Assembly: GCA_964384105.1 (NCBI GenBank) | Contig: CAYLJV010000001.1 | Coordinates: 32,001 to 96,000, forward strand | From: Candidatus Hadarchaeota archaeon | GTDB lineage: Archaea > Hadarchaeota > Hadarchaeia > Hadarchaeales > JAGGTB01 | DNA: 64,000 bases | Direction of reading: 5' to 3' | In this document: piece by piece, positions 1-8,773 of the stretch | Layout of the letters: each line of letters begins with the position of its first letter | Numbering within the stretch: the stretch's first letter is position 1 | Position numbers and translations under genes: made by a program | Notes under the pieces: generated by a model | Databases searched by the model: none | Told to the model about the DNA's origin: nothing | What the model saw: the letters and a program-made list of their open reading frames with translations, nothing else

Positions 1-278
1 GCATTTTCTATGTTTTCTCCAGCAGCATCACCAGCTATAGGCTCAGTGAGATCTGTATCCAGATATACTTTCTTTATGTTATCTGGAGATGCCGAATTAT
101 TTGTTACATCAACTTCAAAAAGTACTCGAGAATCACCTTTAGCTTCTGTAGGTGTAACTTCAATAGTAGCCGTATGACTACCAGTTGCCAGAGGCAACGC
201 AGCAAGCATGGAAATAATCATAAGTGCCGTTATCGCCGTTCCAGCGATTAGCTTGTGACTGTTTGATATATTATTCAA
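1..278 (-). CDS. Secreted/cell-surface protein, 5' part only (possible S-layer-type protein); absent from ORF track
   Basis: Manual translation from TTG at 278: MNNISNSHKLIAGTAITALMIISMLAALPLATGSHTATIEVTPTEAKGDSRVLFEVDVTNN..., open to the window edge. Sec-type signal peptide; perfect GGAGGTGA SD at 285-292. Confidence 0.75.
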   Translation of the reverse strand, partial: MNNISNSHKLIAGTAITALMIISMLAALPLATGSHTATIEVTPTEAKGDSRVLFEVDVTNNSASPDNIKKVYLDTDLTEPIAGDAAGENIEN

Positions 279-284
279 AATTTT

Positions 285-292
285 TCACCTCC
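285..292 (-). promoter_or_regulatory. Shine-Dalgarno site GGAGGTGA
   Basis: tcacctcc on + strand, 6 nt upstream of the TTG start. Confidence 0.75.
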
Positions 293-709
293 TTTAAGGT
301 CATTTATCGTGATAGATGATATTAGGGATTCAACCCGTCCTTTATGAATTGTTCTGATTCCTTTAAACAATTTACTTCCTCCCTAAAACGCTTTGTTCGC
401 GAACTAACGTTCTATTAAAAGCCCTACTTAAGAGTTTTTGCTTTAAAAACTCCTGATGCCAGAAAAAGCCCTTATTCGCCCCCATTTGGTCGTTGTTCGT
501 TAAAGTCTTAATCGTTGATTGTCGAACCGGAGGTAAAACCGGGGTTTACCCTTCTACTTCCCTAGAGTTAAATCGAAAATTTCTGTGAATGTGTTGTTTT
601 CCATACGGATACCGTCGGGCGGGTTTCAACTAATATATTACCAAGTAATCGTCTCTCTCCTAAAAGCTTTACGCTAAAAAATAATAAAAACCCAAAAGCA
701 ATAAAATCT

Positions 710-726
710 CACAAGATTTATAATTG
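710..726 (+). promoter_or_regulatory. Candidate BRE/TATA promoter of the mbh operon
   Basis: acaagatTTATAATtg about 35-40 nt upstream of the mbhA ATG. Confidence 0.45.
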
Positions 727-758
727 CTAGAGGGTAACCTCATCACGGCTGTGTTAAT

Positions 759-1271
759 ATGTCTGCAGGTAGTAAGGGCGGCAAAGTACTAGCGACCTTT
801 CTATGCATGTGGGCACTGTGGATAGTCTTCACGGGTTCTGTAAGCGGACAGGAACTTCTTGTTGGGGGAATAAGCGCAGCCTTTGTAGCCGGAATATCCT
901 ACGGACTTTTCACTAGAGATCCCGGAAAAATGCTAAATCCAAAGCGTTGGGGTCGCCTTATTGCTTACTTCCCCGCATACGTCTGGGCTGAGATGAAGGC
1001 TCACGCGGACGTTGCAGCCAGAATTCTTAACCCGAGTTTACCCCTGAAACCGGCGATAGTCAAGGTTCCCAGCAAGTTAAAGAGCGATGTGGGATTAACG
1101 ACACTCGCCAACTCCATAACCATGACTCCGGGAACGTTGAGTGTCGATGTTGACGGGGAGAAATCTGAACTTTACGTTCACTGGATAGACGCGAGCACCC
1201 TTGAGGAAGAGGGAGTTCAAAGAGAGGTCGGCGAACCACTCGAAAAGCACATCAGAGGTGGGCTTGATTGA
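759..1271 (+). CDS. mbhA: Membrane-bound hydrogenase subunit A (MrpE/MnhE-like)
   Basis: LANSITMTPGTLSVDV and LYVHWID MnhE motifs; first gene of the operon. Confidence 0.93.
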   Translation: MSAGSKGGKVLATFLCMWALWIVFTGSVSGQELLVGGISAAFVAGISYGLFTRDPGKMLNPKRWGRLIAYFPAYVWAEMKAHADVAARILNPSLPLKPAIVKVPSKLKSDVGLTTLANSITMTPGTLSVDVDGEKSELYVHWIDASTLEEEGVQREVGEPLEKHIRGGLD

Positions 1272-1531
1272 GTGTTATAGGTATCGTTATCGCGGTTATC
1301 ATATTATCCATAATACTGTGTATGATTCAGGCGGTTAGGGGTGCCACGGCCTTCGACAGGATAGTGTCGATAGATGGACTAACCGCACTGGGTGTGGGGG
1401 TTCTGGCCTTGTTTTCAATTCAGTTTGAGCAATCTATTTTCCTTGACATAGCCTTGGTTTACGCCTTCGTAGCATTTATAGCGGACCTGGCCGTAGCTAA
1501 ACACTTGGAAGGAAGGGGTTTGGACGAATGA
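1268..1531 (+). CDS. mbhB: MBH subunit B (MrpF-like)
   Basis: RGATAFDRIVSID and DIALVYAFVAF motifs; 3 TM helices; overlaps mbhA stop. Confidence 0.92.
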   Translation: MSVIGIVIAVIILSIILCMIQAVRGATAFDRIVSIDGLTALGVGVLALFSIQFEQSIFLDIALVYAFVAFIADLAVAKHLEGRGLDE

Positions 1532-1857
1532 TAGACATTATAGCTAAGATATTCCTCGCTGTCGGTGCCTTCTTTGGCCTCGTCGGAAGCATTGGAATAA
1601 TAAGGATGCCAGATGTCTACAACAGGATCCACTCCGAGACGATAGTCGTGGTGGGTGGAACTGTGATGATCCTCCTGGGTGCAGTGCTCCTGAGAGGTTT
1701 CTCGATGTTCTCCCTGAAGGCCCTGATAATTGCTATATTCTTGTTCGTAACCAGTCCCGTGGGGTCTCACGCTTTGGCGAGGGCGGCTCACAAGTCCAAG
1801 GTCAAGATGTACCCCGGTACGATTGGAGATCAACTTGAGGAGGCTGAAGGAAAATGA
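1528..1857 (+). CDS. mbhC: MBH subunit C (MrpG-like)
   Basis: GIIRMPDVYNRIH and TSPVGSHALARAA motifs. Confidence 0.93.
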   Translation: MIDIIAKIFLAVGAFFGLVGSIGIIRMPDVYNRIHSETIVVVGGTVMILLGAVLLRGFSMFSLKALIIAIFLFVTSPVGSHALARAAHKSKVKMYPGTIGDQLEEAEGK

Positions 1858-2108
1858 GTTGGGTCTACATAGCTCTGAATGTTTTGCTCGTCTTCGCTCT
1901 GATAGCGAGTATCGTAGTTGTTCATCTCAAGGATCTATTATACGCGGTTTTCGTCCTGGGTGGTGTTAGCGTAGCTCTGTCCGTAGTCTTCCTGATTCTT
2001 CAGGCCCCCGACGTGGCCATAACAAACGCCGCGGTTTACGGCGCCATAGCTACCGTTCTTTACGTTGTTGCGATCAATAAAACCGAGAGAACGGAGGAGA
2101 TAGAGTGA
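1854..2108 (+). CDS. mbhD: MBH subunit D (DUF4040/MrpA C-terminal-like)
   Basis: LQAPDVAITNAAV motif; 3 TM helices. Confidence 0.9.
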   Translation: MSWVYIALNVLLVFALIASIVVVHLKDLLYAVFVLGGVSVALSVVFLILQAPDVAITNAAVYGAIATVLYVVAINKTERTEEIE

Positions 2109-2527
2109 AGGATAAAGGTAAGAAATCATTGGCCCTGATCCTTGTCTCCGTTATAGGGATTCTTCTCCTTGTGGGAGCTTTGACCAACGTGGTGGATGTC
2201 GGTGATTATCCCGAGCGCAATCTCGGAGAGGATCGAACCGAGGTCTCCTACCGAGAAGCTCTCGAGATGTACGGTTTCAACGAGGAAACCATCCAAAATA
2301 TCCTTGAGAATAAGCCCGAGGATTTCGGCAGTAGGAGTATAAGTGAACAGCTGTTGAAGGATGTACCCTCGGAAGGAGGGGTTTCTGCGGCCAATACTGT
2401 CACGGGTATACTCTGGGATTACAGGGGTTACGATACCGTTGGAGAGGCTACCGTTATATTTACGGCTGTGGCCGGAGTAGTGGCCCTTTTCAGAGCATCC
2501 AAAGAAGAAGAGGAGGATGAGGAATAA
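2105..2527 (+). CDS. mbhE: MBH subunit E
   Basis: NTVTGILWDYRGYDTVGEATVIF signature. Confidence 0.9.
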   Translation: MKDKGKKSLALILVSVIGILLLVGALTNVVDVGDYPERNLGEDRTEVSYREALEMYGFNEETIQNILENKPEDFGSRSISEQLLKDVPSEGGVSAANTVTGILWDYRGYDTVGEATVIFTAVAGVVALFRASKEEEEDEE

Positions 2528-2970
2528 TGTCAGATGAAGACGGCATGACGCTTATAGTAAAGACCGTGTCGAGGCTTTTGTTTCCGATAATGTTCCTTTT
2601 TGGTATCTATATCATAGTTCACGGTCACTTGACTCCCGGAGGAGGTTTTCCCGGTGGAGTTGTAATCGCTACGTCGGTAGCCATGGTGCTACTGGGCTAC
2701 GGCATGCACAAGGCCGAAGGTACGGTCGGAGAGTTCTACACGGAGATTTCCGAGAGTCTCGGAGCCTTGATTATTGTCGTCCTCGGTATTCTGGGAATAT
2801 TCTTCGTGGGAAACTTCCTGGAGGCAATAGTGCCTTTGGGGACCCTGGGAAAGCTCTTCAGCGGAGGTAATCTCTTCGTGTTGAATCTGGGAGTGGGAAT
2901 AAAAGTTGCCGCCGGTTTGGTCTCTATACTTTACGCAATGCTGGCTTTCAAGGGCGGTGGTAAGAAATGA
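2527..2970 (+). CDS. mbhF: MBH subunit F (MrpB-like)
   Basis: HGHLTPGGGFPGG signature; NLGVGIKV. Confidence 0.93.
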   Translation: MSDEDGMTLIVKTVSRLLFPIMFLFGIYIIVHGHLTPGGGFPGGVVIATSVAMVLLGYGMHKAEGTVGEFYTEISESLGALIIVVLGILGIFFVGNFLEAIVPLGTLGKLFSGGNLFVLNLGVGIKVAAGLVSILYAMLAFKGGGKK

Positions 2971-3335
2971 TCGCTCTCCACTATCCCGTGGCCATGATAA
3001 TGGTTGCTCTTGGAATCTACGCTCTACTGTTCAGGAGAAATCTCATCAAGATGATAATCGGTCTCGAGATAATCACCAACGGGATTCATCTTTTCTTCAT
3101 AAGCATGGGTTTCAGGTCCGGTGGAGGACCTCCTATACTCACTGGAGATTTTCTGGATATATCTAGGATCGGAGATTTCGCCTCCCAGTCCGTGGACCCA
3201 CTGCCACAGGTCCTTGTCCTGACCTCGATTGTTATCGATATAGCCATAGTGGCTCTTGCGCTCTCCCTTGCGATATACCTTTATAGGAAGCATGGAACGC
3301 TAAACCCGAGAAAGATAAGGAGGCTCAAAGGATGA
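2967..3335 (+). CDS. mbhG: MBH subunit G (MrpC-like)
   Basis: RNLIKMIIGL and DPLPQVLVLTSIVI motifs. Confidence 0.93.
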   Translation: MIALHYPVAMIMVALGIYALLFRRNLIKMIIGLEIITNGIHLFFISMGFRSGGGPPILTGDFLDISRIGDFASQSVDPLPQVLVLTSIVIDIAIVALALSLAIYLYRKHGTLNPRKIRRLKG

Positions 3336-4846
3336 TGGATCACCTGCCGATAATAGCGATCGCCCTCCCTCTGATTGGTGCTTTCGCGACACCCCTCTTC
3401 AACATTATAGGTAAAAAGGTAGGACAGACGAGGATAAGGGACTTCTTTGCCCTGGCGATAGTCATAGGAACGGCAATAGCGGTGTTCGGGATGGCTTCCA
3501 GGGTATTCGGTGGAGAGATCATAGTCTATCAGCTTGCTGGAAGGATTCCTCCGTGGGGTATCAATCTTGCTATAGATGCTTTCAATATGGTAGTTGCGCT
3601 GGTAATATCCGGTATAAGCGTCTTGGTCATGATTTATTCTCTTGTATTCATGGATCGCCGGAACGGTCTTGGTAAATATTACACACTCTTGCTTCTGCTC
3701 GTGGCGGGGATGATGGGAATTACATTCACGGGCGATATATTCAATCTTTACGTTTTCTTTGAAATTATGTCGATAGCGTCCTATGCGCTGGTCGCGTTCT
3801 ACAGGACGGAGGGCTCCCTGGAAGGTGCATTCAAGTACCTGGTCATGGGGACTCTAGGTACGGCGCTGATTCTTCTGGGAATAGCGATCCTCTATGGTCT
3901 TACTGGAACGCTTAATATTGCCGATCTTGCCGTCAGGTTGAACGCCATGAGCGCTACCCACGGTGGGTTCCCGCTGTCTATGATAATTGCTTTAGGATTT
4001 TTCATCACAGGGTTTGGGCTTAAGATTGCCATGGTTCCGCTTCACGCCTGGTTACCGGATGCCTATCAAACCGCACCGTCCTCTATAGCGTCTGTCTTTG
4101 CTGGTGGAACGGCTATAGTCGGTGTTTATTCTCTTCTGAGGATCAGTTACCTCCCGTTCGGTGCTCTTGACGTCGGGACGATTTTCATCGGTCTCGGTCT
4201 CGTATCCATGGTAATGGGTGCTCTGATGGCCTTGGCTCAGGAGGATTTGAAGAGGCTACTGGCTTATTCTGGAATATCCCAGATGGGGTACATCCTTCTC
4301 GGTGTTGGACTGGGGACCGCATTGGGGATACAGGGTGGACTATTTCACATGCTTAACAACGCTATCTACAAGTCTCTCCTCTTTCTCTGCGCAGGTGCCG
4401 TAATCTATCAGGTTGGTACCTCGGATCTCAATAAGTTGGGAGGGTTGGGGAACAAGATGCCAGTTACCGCCGCCACCTTTATTATCGGCGCGCTCGCGAT
4501 CTCAGGAATACCCCCGTTCAACGGGTTCGCCAGCAAATGGACAATTTACGTTGCGGGTATTGATGCGGGCTATCCCATCCTGACGGTTATAGCAGTGGTG
4601 ATCAGTGCTCTAACACTAGCCTATTTCGTGAAAGTTATCAATCAGGTATTCCTCGGCCAGAGGCCCACACGTTTTGATAACGTTAAAGAAGTTTCACCCG
4701 TAATGTTGTTCCCGATGGTAGTGTTGGCGACATTGTGTGTGATACTAGGGATACTTCCTAACTTGGGAATAGATTTAGTAGAACCTGCTCAAAATGCACT
4801 TATGAATAATGCTGAGTATATACAAGCAGTATTGGGTGGTATATAA
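3332..4846 (+). CDS. mbhH: MBH subunit H (MrpD-like proton-translocating subunit)
   Basis: TGDIFNLYVFFE, KIAMVPLHAWLPDAY, LKRLLAYS, GIPPFNGFASK; about 14 TM helices. Confidence 0.95.
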   Translation: MMDHLPIIAIALPLIGAFATPLFNIIGKKVGQTRIRDFFALAIVIGTAIAVFGMASRVFGGEIIVYQLAGRIPPWGINLAIDAFNMVVALVISGISVLVMIYSLVFMDRRNGLGKYYTLLLLLVAGMMGITFTGDIFNLYVFFEIMSIASYALVAFYRTEGSLEGAFKYLVMGTLGTALILLGIAILYGLTGTLNIADLAVRLNAMSATHGGFPLSMIIALGFFITGFGLKIAMVPLHAWLPDAYQTAPSSIASVFAGGTAIVGVYSLLRISYLPFGALDVGTIFIGLGLVSMVMGALMALAQEDLKRLLAYSGISQMGYILLGVGLGTALGIQGGLFHMLNNAIYKSLLFLCAGAVIYQVGTSDLNKLGGLGNKMPVTAATFIIGALAISGIPPFNGFASKWTIYVAGIDAGYPILTVIAVVISALTLAYFVKVINQVFLGQRPTRFDNVKEVSPVMLFPMVVLATLCVILGILPNLGIDLVEPAQNALMNNAEYIQAVLGGI

Positions 4847-5181
4847 TGGAATTTGGAGAAGGTTTTTGGGGACCGATAATAGCTACCGGAGGAATGATCT
4901 TCGGAGCATTCATTGCTTGGTTAGCCCTTGTCATAAGCCGCAAGTATACTCCGCCGAACCCTAACAGAGAGAAAGATATGACCTACGGGTGTGGTGAAGA
5001 TGTGGATCCGGACAGCACTCAAGCAGATGCCAGTGAGTTTTTCTCTCCGATCAAAAGGACGTTCGGAAAGTTTTACAGTTATATACTTCCCGGTCACAGT
5101 GGTGATTTGAATACGTACCTGCTTTGGGTAGTTGCAGGAATAGTTCTAATATTCGCTTGGATAGCGGTGGAAATGGGGTGA
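4846..5181 (+). CDS. mbhI: MBH subunit I
   Basis: TYGCGE motif, HSGDLNTYLLW C-terminal helix, position in operon. Confidence 0.85.
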   Translation: MEFGEGFWGPIIATGGMIFGAFIAWLALVISRKYTPPNPNREKDMTYGCGEDVDPDSTQADASEFFSPIKRTFGKFYSYILPGHSGDLNTYLLWVVAGIVLIFAWIAVEMG

Positions 5182-5185
5182 TTAG

Positions 5186-5596
5186 ATGGGACTACGTGAT
5201 TACTTTAGAAAGAAGTCTCCATGGGTAATACACTACGACACTGGAGGATGTAACGGCTGTGCTATAGAAGTAGTTGCGGCCTTGACTCCGAGATTCGATG
5301 TCGAGAGATTCGGAATAATAAAAGAAGGATCTCCCAGACACGCCGATGTTTTCGTGGTAACGGGACCGGTGACTCGACAGGCCAAAGATAGACTTGTGAG
5401 AGTCTACGAACAGATGGCGGAGCCGAAGGCTGTTATCGGAGTTGGTTCGTGTCCTACTACCTGTCATCTTTACGACAGGTGTTATAATGTAGTGGGACCG
5501 TTGGACGAAGTTATTCCAACGGCTTCTTTCGTTCCGGGTTGTCCTCCAAAACCCGAGGCGATAATCGATGGTGTCGTGAAGACTTTGGATCTGTGA
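5186..5596 (+). CDS. mbhJ: MBH small subunit J (NuoB-like, one [4Fe-4S])
   Basis: GGCNGCAIE, SPRHADV, GSC and VPGCPPKPE motifs. Confidence 0.95.
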   Translation: MGLRDYFRKKSPWVIHYDTGGCNGCAIEVVAALTPRFDVERFGIIKEGSPRHADVFVVTGPVTRQAKDRLVRVYEQMAEPKAVIGVGSCPTTCHLYDRCYNVVGPLDEVIPTASFVPGCPPKPEAIIDGVVKTLDL

Positions 5597-5600
5597 GGAA

Positions 5601-6200
5601 TTGGTGATTGATGTGAATACTGAAGAAGTTGAAAATATACTCGAAAACTATACTGACGAGGTCGAGATGGTTCAAGAAAGGCGCCTTGTAGCTATGTTAG
5701 ACAAGGGTAACTACAAGGATTTCTTAAAAGAACTTAGGGATCAGGATCTGAGACATCTCACTGCTATAACTGGCACTGACGTGGGCGGTGAGTTCGAGAT
5801 TATTTATCACATATCTATCGATGATGGGACCTTGTTCAACGCTAAAGTGATGCTTGATAAGAAAGATGGAAAATTGGAGACAGTGACTGATATCTTCCCC
5901 GGTGTGATACTTTACGAACGGGAACTGATGGATATGTTTGGTATAGTAATTGAGAATCACCCGGATCCGAGAAGATTGTTCCTCGCCGATGATTGGCCAG
6001 AGGATAAACATCCGCTTAGAGAGGGCATGTTTAATTATCTTAAAATTTCCGAGAAGAATATCTCCGAGATTAAGGATTTGGCCAGGGATGAGGATCTTGA
6101 TTACGAATTATTGTTAGAAGCTGAAAAGAAAAATAAAAATAGAAAATCTTTGAAGGAATGGATAAAAGATAGAATGAAGAATTCAGGAGAGGAGGAATAA
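5601..6200 (+). CDS. mbhK: MBH subunit K (NuoC-like) with extra C-terminal helical domain
   Basis: YERELMDMFGI and HPDPRRLFLADDWP..HPLR; about 55-aa extension. Confidence 0.9.
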   Translation: MVIDVNTEEVENILENYTDEVEMVQERRLVAMLDKGNYKDFLKELRDQDLRHLTAITGTDVGGEFEIIYHISIDDGTLFNAKVMLDKKDGKLETVTDIFPGVILYERELMDMFGIVIENHPDPRRLFLADDWPEDKHPLREGMFNYLKISEKNISEIKDLARDEDLDYELLLEAEKKNKNRKSLKEWIKDRMKNSGEEE

Positions 6201-6201
6201 A

Positions 6202-7374
6202 ATGCCATTTACAGTTCCAGTTGGACCCCAACATCCTGCGCTCCATGAGCCCGAGCGATTCCGAATCGAGGTAGAGGGCGAGGAGATTGTGAACGCTGAT
6301 GTTCGAATGGGTTACATGCACAGGGGAATAGAAAAGGCCCTTTCAGAGAGAAGTTATCAGCGGGGGGTTTATCTGTCCGAGAGAATCTGCGGTATATGCA
6401 GTTTGGCTCACACTACTTGTTATACTCAAGCGGCTGAACGTCTGGCCGAGATGGAGATTCCGGATCGAGCTAAATATCTGAGAACTATAACCGGTGAGAT
6501 GGAGAGGATTCATTCTCATCTTCTGTGGGCGGGAGTTGCCGCCGAGGAGATTGGATTCCAGACGCTCTTTATGACCATATGGCGTGATCGAGAGTTGGTT
6601 ATGGATCTTCTGGAGCTAGTTTCAGGTAACCGTGTGAACTACGCCATCAACAAGGTGGGGGGAGTCAGACGGGATATCAACGAAAATCAGGCTAAAAAGA
6701 TTCTTGAAAATCTGGAGAAATTAAAGAAGCATGCGGAGCATTACGTGGATGTTTTTCCTTCGGATTCCACAGTTAGAGCTCGTTTGAAGGGAAAGGGCAT
6801 ACTCACTAATGAACAGGCAAGAGATCTCTGTGCAGTAGGTCCGGTAGCTAGAGGTTCTGGTGTAGATGTTGATTTGAGGAGAGACGATCCTTACGCTGCC
6901 TACGGGGAGATCCCCTTTGATGTGATGGTTGAGCAGGATGGAGATATCCTAGCTAAAACTATGGTAAGGCTTCGCGAGACTGTGGAGTCTATAAACATTA
7001 TTGAATACGCATTAGATGCTTTGCCTAGTGGTCCCATAATGTCCGAGGAAGTTAAAGGTCTGCCAGTGGGGGTGCAAAAGGGCCTTCCCGAAGGTGAAGG
7101 AACGGGTAGAATCGAAGCTCCAAGGGGCGAGTTAATATACCATATGAGGTCGGATGGAGAAAAGCATCCTTCTAGAGTTAAGGTCAGAACTCCTACTATA
7201 GCCAATATACCTCCTATTCTGGAGATGATGAAAGGAGAGACTATGGCAGAGGTTCCCATAGTTATAGAGAGTATAGATCAGTGTTTCGCTTGCGCCGACA
7301 GGGTTACCGTAGTTGAATCTGGGTCCAATAAAACGGAAGTCATGAGTATGCAACAATTAAAGGAGATGAGATAA
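6202..7374 (+). CDS. mbhL: MBH catalytic large subunit L, group 4 [NiFe]-hydrogenase
   Basis: GPQHP, GYMHRGIEK, L1 ERICGICSLAH, EAPRGEL, L2 DQCFACADR; all four Ni-Fe cysteines present. Confidence 0.95.
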   Translation: MPFTVPVGPQHPALHEPERFRIEVEGEEIVNADVRMGYMHRGIEKALSERSYQRGVYLSERICGICSLAHTTCYTQAAERLAEMEIPDRAKYLRTITGEMERIHSHLLWAGVAAEEIGFQTLFMTIWRDRELVMDLLELVSGNRVNYAINKVGGVRRDINENQAKKILENLEKLKKHAEHYVDVFPSDSTVRARLKGKGILTNEQARDLCAVGPVARGSGVDVDLRRDDPYAAYGEIPFDVMVEQDGDILAKTMVRLRETVESINIIEYALDALPSGPIMSEEVKGLPVGVQKGLPEGEGTGRIEAPRGELIYHMRSDGEKHPSRVKVRTPTIANIPPILEMMKGETMAEVPIVIESIDQCFACADRVTVVESGSNKTEVMSMQQLKEMR

Positions 7375-7375
7375 A

Positions 7376-8317
7376 ATGTGGGGTCTCGATTTCTTGTTTT
7401 CCTATCTAATATTTCCAGGTGTCATATTTGCAACAGTTTTAGGGTTACTTTTCGAAGGAATTGATAGAAAAATTGCAGCCCATATGCAGAGCAGGATAGG
7501 TCCCCCTGTATGGCAGCCCTTCTTCGACCTTGGTAAGCTCCTTTCGAAAGAGGATATCACACCCCAACGTGCCCAAAGGTGGGCTTTCATAGGTGCCCCT
7601 CTAATCGCTTTCGGTGCCGTTATTACTGTAATGACGATGATTCCTGTTAATTCGGCGGTTGCGGCTTTTAGCTCTGCAGCCGATCTATTGGTAATTATTT
7701 ATTTGCTTAATATCCCCGCAGTGGCTTTGATTATCGGCGGCTACGCGTCTTCAAGTCCGTTTGGAGTTATGGGATCTGGAAGATATGTTGTCCAGCTTTT
7801 TGCTTACGAATTTGCGTTCATCGTGGCTGCGCTTACAGTGGTTGCGCAGGTGGGATCATTGGGTCTGGCCGAAATAGTGAACTATCAGGCGTCCAATAGC
7901 TGGTTGCTGTTCGAGATGCCCTTGGCTTTCATTGCGGCTGTGCTAGTAGCTCCAGGTAAACTGCTTAAGACTCCTTTCGATATCCCCGAGGCCGAAACTG
8001 AGATAGTTTCTGGTCCCCTTACCGAATATTCAGGTCCAAAACTAGGTATTTTCAAAACTGTGTTCAATATTGAAATACTTGCTCTGGTAGGATTCATCAC
8101 TGCACTCTTCCTGGGTGGTCCCGTATCCCATACGATTGGAGGAGTTTACATCCCTGGTATAGTGTCTTTCCTGATCAAGGCAGTTGCTCTGCTGATACTT
8201 GTCACGTTGATAAGGTGTGTTACTGCCCGTGTAAGGATCCACCAGGCGTTAAAATTTTACTGGTTACCTGTGGTGGCAATAGCGTTGATAAACTTCATTG
8301 TAGTGGTGGTGTTCTAA
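7376..8317 (+). CDS. mbhM: MBH subunit M (NuoH-like)
   Basis: GIDRKIAAHMQSRIGPP and PFDIPEAETEIVSGPLTEYSG. Confidence 0.95.
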   Translation: MWGLDFLFSYLIFPGVIFATVLGLLFEGIDRKIAAHMQSRIGPPVWQPFFDLGKLLSKEDITPQRAQRWAFIGAPLIAFGAVITVMTMIPVNSAVAAFSSAADLLVIIYLLNIPAVALIIGGYASSSPFGVMGSGRYVVQLFAYEFAFIVAALTVVAQVGSLGLAEIVNYQASNSWLLFEMPLAFIAAVLVAPGKLLKTPFDIPEAETEIVSGPLTEYSGPKLGIFKTVFNIEILALVGFITALFLGGPVSHTIGGVYIPGIVSFLIKAVALLILVTLIRCVTARVRIHQALKFYWLPVVAIALINFIVVVVF

Positions 8318-8318
8318 A

Positions 8319-8648
8319 ATGCCGAGGATAATTCCTGACGTATTGAAGAACCTTTTTAGCAAACCAGTGACCTTAAAGTATCCCTACGAAAGAATTGAGC
8401 CCCCTGAAGATTTCAGAGGAAAACCTGTAGTAGACAAGGATGAATGTGTGGGTTGTGGAATTTGTGCCAGAGTATGTCCTGCGTGGGCTATTACATATAC
8501 TGAGGATAAAAAGCCGATATACGACTATGGTAGGTGTATCTATTGTGGTGAGTGCGCGGATAACTGCCCCACTGACGCCATAAAGATGACAAAGGAATAC
8601 GAACTCGCGGTTCTCGATAAGGAAGATCTGATCGCCGAGCCCGAATAA
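8319..8648 (+). CDS. mbhN: MBH subunit N (NuoI-like, 2x[4Fe-4S])
   Basis: TLKYPYE..FRG, CVGCGICARVCP, CIYCGECADNCP. Confidence 0.95.
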   Translation: MPRIIPDVLKNLFSKPVTLKYPYERIEPPEDFRGKPVVDKDECVGCGICARVCPAWAITYTEDKKPIYDYGRCIYCGECADNCPTDAIKMTKEYELAVLDKEDLIAEPE

Positions 8649-8773
8649 TAGGGATAAGATATATTCCAATTGCTAAGGTCGATCTATTTCCTTAATATGG
8701 CTTTTTAAGTTAATTCTATTACCTGAGAAAATCACAAATAATGTTTTAAGGTAATTTAAAGGAATTATTTATA

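Noticed and set aside
396-630. SurR boxes (GTTn3AAC) upstream of mbh
   Set aside because: Only GTT-n4-AAC (396-405) and GTT-n2-AAC (623-630) spacings were found, not the canonical n3
5186-7374. Selenocysteine or pyrrolysine recoding in hydrogenase or other redox genes
   Set aside because: Expected Cys ligands are encoded as Cys and no recognised gene is interrupted by an in-frame stop
759-8648. Interpreting the operon as MBS/MBX, complex I or a stand-alone Mrp antiporter
   Set aside because: The large subunit has both CxxC Ni-binding pairs, there is a single MrpD-like subunit, and the order matches mbhA-N
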